Shown: in pieces, positions 59,985 to 64,000 of the stretch | How the letters are laid out: every line of letters begins with the position of its first letter | Position numbering within the stretch: the first letter of the stretch is position 1 | Assembly (NCBI GenBank): GCA_011051565.1 | Contig: DRKX01000089.1 | Location: 4,808 to 68,807 of the forward strand | Origin: Nitrospirota bacterium | Lineage (GTDB): Bacteria; Nitrospirota; Thermodesulfovibrionia; Thermodesulfovibrionales; JdFR-85 | Length of the DNA stretch: 64,000 nucleotides | Direction of reading: 5' to 3' | Notes under the pieces: model-generated | Told to the model about the DNA's origin: nothing | What the model saw: only the letters and a program-made list of their open reading frames with translations | The model's database searches: none | Program-made: the position numbers and the translations under genes

Positions 59985-62414
59985 ATGGAACGCTATATCT
60001 GCATACACGGGCATTTCTACCAGCCTCCGAGGGAGAACCCCTGGCTCGATAGGATCGAGGCCCAGGAGTCCGCATACCCGTACCATGACTGGAACGAGAG
60101 GGTCAATGCCGAGTGCTACGCGCCGATAGCCGTATCGAGGATACTGGACGGTGCGGGCAGGATCATCCGTATCGTGAACAACTACGAGAAGATAAACTTC
60201 AACTTCGGCCCCACGCTCCTCAGCTGGATAGAGTGGCACTCACCCCACATATACGGGAAGATCATCGAGGCCGACAGGCTGAGCCTCGCGAGCCGCTCAG
60301 GGCATGGGAACGCAATGGCCCAGGCATACAACCACATGATAATGCCCCTCGCCGGGAGGCGGGACAAGGTGACGCAGGTCGTCTGGGGCGTGCGTGACTT
60401 CAGCAGGAGGTTCGGCCGCCACCCCGAGGGCATGTGGCTTCCGGAGGCTGCAGTGGATACAGAGACGCTCGAGATAATGAGCGGACTCGGCATCCGGTTC
60501 ACGATACTATCCCCCGGGCAGGCGAGGGCCGTCAGGCCCTTGGGACGGGAAGAGTGGACCGCGGTGCCTGGCGGCTCGATAGATACCACGAGGCCCTACC
60601 TCTGCAGGCTGCCCTCAGGGGCCGAGATGAACATCATCTTCTATGACGGCGGTATCTCGCACGATGTCTCCTTCGGTGATCTGCTCAACAGCGGCGAGGC
60701 CTTTGCAAAGAGGCTCTTCGAGGCCTCGACGGCTGCGTCGGACCACTCTCCAATAATCAATATAGCCACTGATGGAGAGACCTACGGGCACCATCACAAG
60801 TTCGGTGAGATGGCCCTCGCCTATGCAGTAGACCGTATCGAGGGCGACCCTGGAGTGAGGCTGACCAACTACGCCGAGTACCTCTCCCAGAACAGCCCGG
60901 CCCACGAGGTGCAGATAGTCGAGAACACCTCGTGGAGCTGTGCGCACGGTGTCGAGAGGTGGCGCTCTGACTGCGGCTGTTCCACAGGGGGACACCCGGA
61001 GTGGAACCAGCAGTGGAGGGCCCCTCTCCGCAGGAGCCTGGACCGGCTGAGAGAGAGGCTCGCCGGTGTTTACGAGGAGTTCTCGTCCGGCCTCCTCAGG
61101 GATCCGTGGGAGGCGAGGAACGATTACATAGACGTGATACTGGAGCGGACCGAGGGTGTAAAGGATGCCTTCCTCAAGGAGCATGCCGTGAAGCCCCTGA
61201 ACAGTCTCGATCGGGTCACGGCCTTCAGGCTCCTCGAGATGCAGAGGAACGCCATGCTCATGTATACGAGCTGCGGCTGGTTCTTCGAGGACATCTCGGG
61301 GATCGAGACGGTCCAGATACTACGCTACGCCGCCCGCGCGATTGAGCTCGCCGCTGAGGTCTCGGGCCGGTGGTTCGAAGAGGAGTTCCTCTCGGGACTG
61401 TCTGAGGCGAAGAGCAATGTGGAGGAACTCGGCAACGGGGCGGACATATACAGGAGGTCGGTGCTGCCCTCGAGGGCGGACCTCAGGAGGGCCGCGGTTC
61501 ATGTTGCCATAAGCTCCTTCTTTGAAGACTATCCTGAAAAGACCGAGCTCTACTGTTACGGGGTGGAGAGGCTGGCGTATGAGAAGCTGAAACACGACGA
61601 TACAGAGGTTGCGATAGGGAGGCTCCGCGTCTCCTCCCTGATAACCGAGGAGGCGAAGAGCCTCGTGTTCGCGGCCCTTCAGCTCGGCTCGTACGACTAC
61701 AACTGCGCCGTCACCGACGATACGGGCGGAGAGTCGTACACGCGGATGAAGGAGGAGATACTCAGCGGTTTCTCCAGGGGAGACCTGCCGGGAGTGCTCA
61801 GGGTCGTGCAGCGCTGTTTCGGGCCCGAGCGGTATACGATAAAGGACCTCTTCAAGGACGAGCAGCACAGGCTGCTCGACGTCATCATGAGGGACACGAT
61901 TGATGATATCGAGAGAAACTTCGAGGGCGTGTACGAAAAGAATGCCTTCCTGATGGGCCTGCTCGAGGAGTTCGGCCACAGGATTCCCGGTGTCCTCAAG
62001 ATGGCGACAGAGATAGCCCTCAAGAGGGAGCTCCAGCAGGCCGTACAGGACAGCAGGGTGGATACGGAGAGGATCGGCTACCTGCTCAGGGAGATGAAGA
62101 GGTGGCATGTAGAGCTCGACCGGAAGTGGCTGGAGATGCTCCTGAGGCGGAGGCTCGAGGAGGAGATGCGGAGGTTCAGCGAGACCCCTGACACGGAACA
62201 CCTCGATAGGGTCAACGAGGTGCTCAGCACGGTCTTCCTCTTCCCGGTCGAGGTCAACCTCTGGACGGCTCAGAACATATACCACGAGATGCTGCTCAGT
62301 GTGTATCCCGAGGTGCTGAGGTGTGAAGAATCCGGCATCAGGGTCTGGAGAGAGGGGTTCCTGCACCTCGGCAAGAGGCTCTTCTTCAACATAGAGGAGA
62401 TTACGCGTTCCTGA
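59985..62414 (+). CDS. Glycoside hydrolase family 57 enzyme with large C-terminal helical domain (DUF3536-type architecture)
   Basis: The GH57 N-terminus is MERYICIHGHFYQPPRENPW. The nucleophile region is GMWLPEAAV. The acid/base region is ATDGETYGHH. About 400 aa of additional C-terminal sequence follow. Confidence 0.85.
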   Translation: MERYICIHGHFYQPPRENPWLDRIEAQESAYPYHDWNERVNAECYAPIAVSRILDGAGRIIRIVNNYEKINFNFGPTLLSWIEWHSPHIYGKIIEADRLSLASRSGHGNAMAQAYNHMIMPLAGRRDKVTQVVWGVRDFSRRFGRHPEGMWLPEAAVDTETLEIMSGLGIRFTILSPGQARAVRPLGREEWTAVPGGSIDTTRPYLCRLPSGAEMNIIFYDGGISHDVSFGDLLNSGEAFAKRLFEASTAASDHSPIINIATDGETYGHHHKFGEMALAYAVDRIEGDPGVRLTNYAEYLSQNSPAHEVQIVENTSWSCAHGVERWRSDCGCSTGGHPEWNQQWRAPLRRSLDRLRERLAGVYEEFSSGLLRDPWEARNDYIDVILERTEGVKDAFLKEHAVKPLNSLDRVTAFRLLEMQRNAMLMYTSCGWFFEDISGIETVQILRYAARAIELAAEVSGRWFEEEFLSGLSEAKSNVEELGNGADIYRRSVLPSRADLRRAAVHVAISSFFEDYPEKTELYCYGVERLAYEKLKHDDTEVAIGRLRVSSLITEEAKSLVFAALQLGSYDYNCAVTDDTGGESYTRMKEEILSGFSRGDLPGVLRVVQRCFGPERYTIKDLFKDEQHRLLDVIMRDTIDDIERNFEGVYEKNAFLMGLLEEFGHRIPGVLKMATEIALKRELQQAVQDSRVDTERIGYLLREMKRWHVELDRKWLEMLLRRRLEEEMRRFSETPDTEHLDRVNEVLSTVFLFPVEVNLWTAQNIYHEMLLSVYPEVLRCEESGIRVWREGFLHLGKRLFFNIEEITRS

Positions 62415-62460
62415 CCCGTTCGTGGGGATGCGCCGGAGCAAGGGGGGAGGCTTGATTTTC

Positions 62461-64000
62461 ATGGAAATCCGTAGACTCATAGATGAACTCTCTGAACTCT
62501 GCGGCTTCGTGTCCGAGTACAGTGACGCATGGGGCAGGCGCAGGGCCGTTCCGCTCGAGACCAAGGCGGCCGCCCTCAGGGCCGTTGGCTATGACACGGA
62601 AGATGCGGAAGGGTTGAGGAAGGCGATAGAGGGGCTGAGGTGGGAGAGGTACCGTGAGCTGATAGAGCCGGTGAAGGTCGTCTCGGTGAACGCCCAGCCC
62701 GGCGTGCTCCGCATCTTCATCCCGGCTGACGAGGCCGACGGGAAGACGCGGCTCAGGTGGCGTGTCACCGGAGAGGAGGAGAACGATACCGAGGTCCGAG
62801 AGGCTCTGCTCTCGGATGTCGGGCAGACGGCGGTGAAAGAGTTCGGCGGCAGGAGGGTCATAGAGGCACTGGTCGCCGACAGGGATGACCGGCCGCCGGG
62901 TTATTACGACGTAGGGGTCGAGGCCGTGCTCCAGGGGCGGACGCTGTCAGGGCGGATGCGGCTCATCGTGACGCCTGACAGGGCCTACCTGCCACCTGCG
63001 CTGGCCGGCGGGGGCAGGGCGTGGGGCCTTGGAATAAGCCTCTACGCGCTCCGCTCCGGCGGCAACCAGGGAGCGGGTGACCTCGGAGACCTCGGCCGGG
63101 TGCTCGAGTGGACGGGCGGCAGGCTCGGCGGAGACTTCGTGGCTATAAACCCGCTGCACAGCATCACCAACCGGCTGCCTGCCGGCGTGAGCCCTTACTC
63201 TCCGCTCAGCCGGCTTTATTGCAACATGATATACATCGATATCAATGCCGTTGAAGACATCCGGGACTCGAGACGGGCAAGGGCGGTCATGGAGAGTCCG
63301 GAGTTCGGTGAAGAGCTCGAAAGGCTGAGGCAGTCCGAGCTGATCGACTACGAGGGGGTTGCAAGGCTCAAGACCCGGGTGCTCAGTGCCGCGTTCCAGT
63401 ACTTTTACGAGGAACACCTCCTTCAATCAACAGCGAGGGGCCGGAGGTTCAGGGCTTTCGTCGCTTCCGAGGGCAGGGCGCTCGACGACTACGCAACCTT
63501 TATGGCCCTTCATGAAGAGTTCGGCAGCCGGGGGATCCGCCACTGGAGGGACTGGCCCCGCGGATACCACAGTCCCGACACCCATGAGGTCAGGATGTTC
63601 AGAGAGAGGCATGAACGGGCCGTTACCTACCACAAGTATATCCAGTGGCTGATCGATGAACAGCTTGCCGATGCATCAGAGAAGGCCGCAGGGGCCGGCA
63701 TGTCCATAGGCCTGTACAGGGACCTCGCAGTCGGCTCGCTCACTGAAGGCAGTGATGTGTGGGCCAACCAGGATATATTCGCCATGGACGTAGACGTCGG
63801 AGCACCACCGGACGCTTTCAGCCTGAGGGGCCAGAACTGGGGCTTCCCTCCGCTGGTCCCCTCGAGGCTCAGGGCCCAGGGCTACGAGTTCTTCATAGAG
63901 ATGATCAGGAGGAACCTCAGGCATGCCGGGGCCATCCGCATAGACCATGCCTTGGGCCTTTTCAGGCTCTTCTGGATACCGCGGGGTTTTAAGCCGCAGG
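62461..64000 (+). CDS. malQ: 4-alpha-glucanotransferase (amylomaltase, GH77) with N-terminal extension; 3' end outside the window
   Basis: The frame is open from ATG 62461 to the window end and is absent from the ORF track because it has no stop. Motifs are WGLGISLYALRS, VSPYSPLSR, GAPPDAFSLRGQNWGFPP and IRIDHALGLFRLFWIP. The RBS GGGGGGAGG lies upstream. Confidence 0.85.
   Translation, partial: MEIRRLIDELSELCGFVSEYSDAWGRRRAVPLETKAAALRAVGYDTEDAEGLRKAIEGLRWERYRELIEPVKVVSVNAQPGVLRIFIPADEADGKTRLRWRVTGEEENDTEVREALLSDVGQTAVKEFGGRRVIEALVADRDDRPPGYYDVGVEAVLQGRTLSGRMRLIVTPDRAYLPPALAGGGRAWGLGISLYALRSGGNQGAGDLGDLGRVLEWTGGRLGGDFVAINPLHSITNRLPAGVSPYSPLSRLYCNMIYIDINAVEDIRDSRRARAVMESPEFGEELERLRQSELIDYEGVARLKTRVLSAAFQYFYEEHLLQSTARGRRFRAFVASEGRALDDYATFMALHEEFGSRGIRHWRDWPRGYHSPDTHEVRMFRERHERAVTYHKYIQWLIDEQLADASEKAAGAGMSIGLYRDLAVGSLTEGSDVWANQDIFAMDVDVGAPPDAFSLRGQNWGFPPLVPSRLRAQGYEFFIEMIRRNLRHAGAIRIDHALGLFRLFWIPRGFKPQ

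Overview
This is a GC-rich bacterial chromosomal segment with a strong G/C third-codon-position bias. It has about 60 tightly packed genes on both strands and two tRNAs. I saw no transposase, integrase, phage gene, CRISPR array or recognisable defence gene. Most of the window is housekeeping. This includes the c-di-AMP operon cdaA-cdaR-glmM, ComEC, selA, HU, a bifunctional FBP aldolase/phosphatase, siroheme SirC and BamD. It also includes an archaeal-type three-gene glutamate synthase, folD, ispF/ispD with an upstream PIN-TRAM gene, HtrA, and serC-serA-hisZ-purA. The rest of the housekeeping set is ComF, PBP1A, cspA, lysA-dapF-dapA and mreBCD-mrdA-rodA. BamD, LysM-MltD, Sec decoding, FBP aldolase/phosphatase and the split GOGAT suggest a diderm anaerobe or thermophile lineage such as Nitrospirota or Thermodesulfobacteriota. 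That lineage call is inference only. Two regions stand out. (1) 34.8-46.3 kb is a nine-gene, translationally coupled signalling operon. It carries two PAS/HisKA kinases, five paralogous receiver domains, two REC-HD-GYP proteins, an MglA-type Ras-like GTPase, a REC-fused PilB/GspE-type ATPase with an extra double zinc ribbon, and an HDOD protein. It has no pilus or secretion structural genes and no DNA-binding output. (2) 56.3-64 kb is a glucan cluster. Its first gene is a bacterial homologue of plant alpha-glucan,water dikinase, with tandem CBM45-like modules, a phosphohistidine domain and a PPDK-type nucleotide-binding domain. It lies divergent from a large GH57 enzyme and MalQ. Smaller observations include a promoter-equipped tRNA-Sec far from selA and two canonical single-domain PilZ proteins wedged into purA and dap operons. 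Others are Cys-rich 'two-CW-like' modules in a MerR regulator and in the first kinase, TGACGTCA-core palindromes in two regulatory regions, a candidate leaderless gene, a terminator-like hairpin in the hup leader, and an insertion in FolD.
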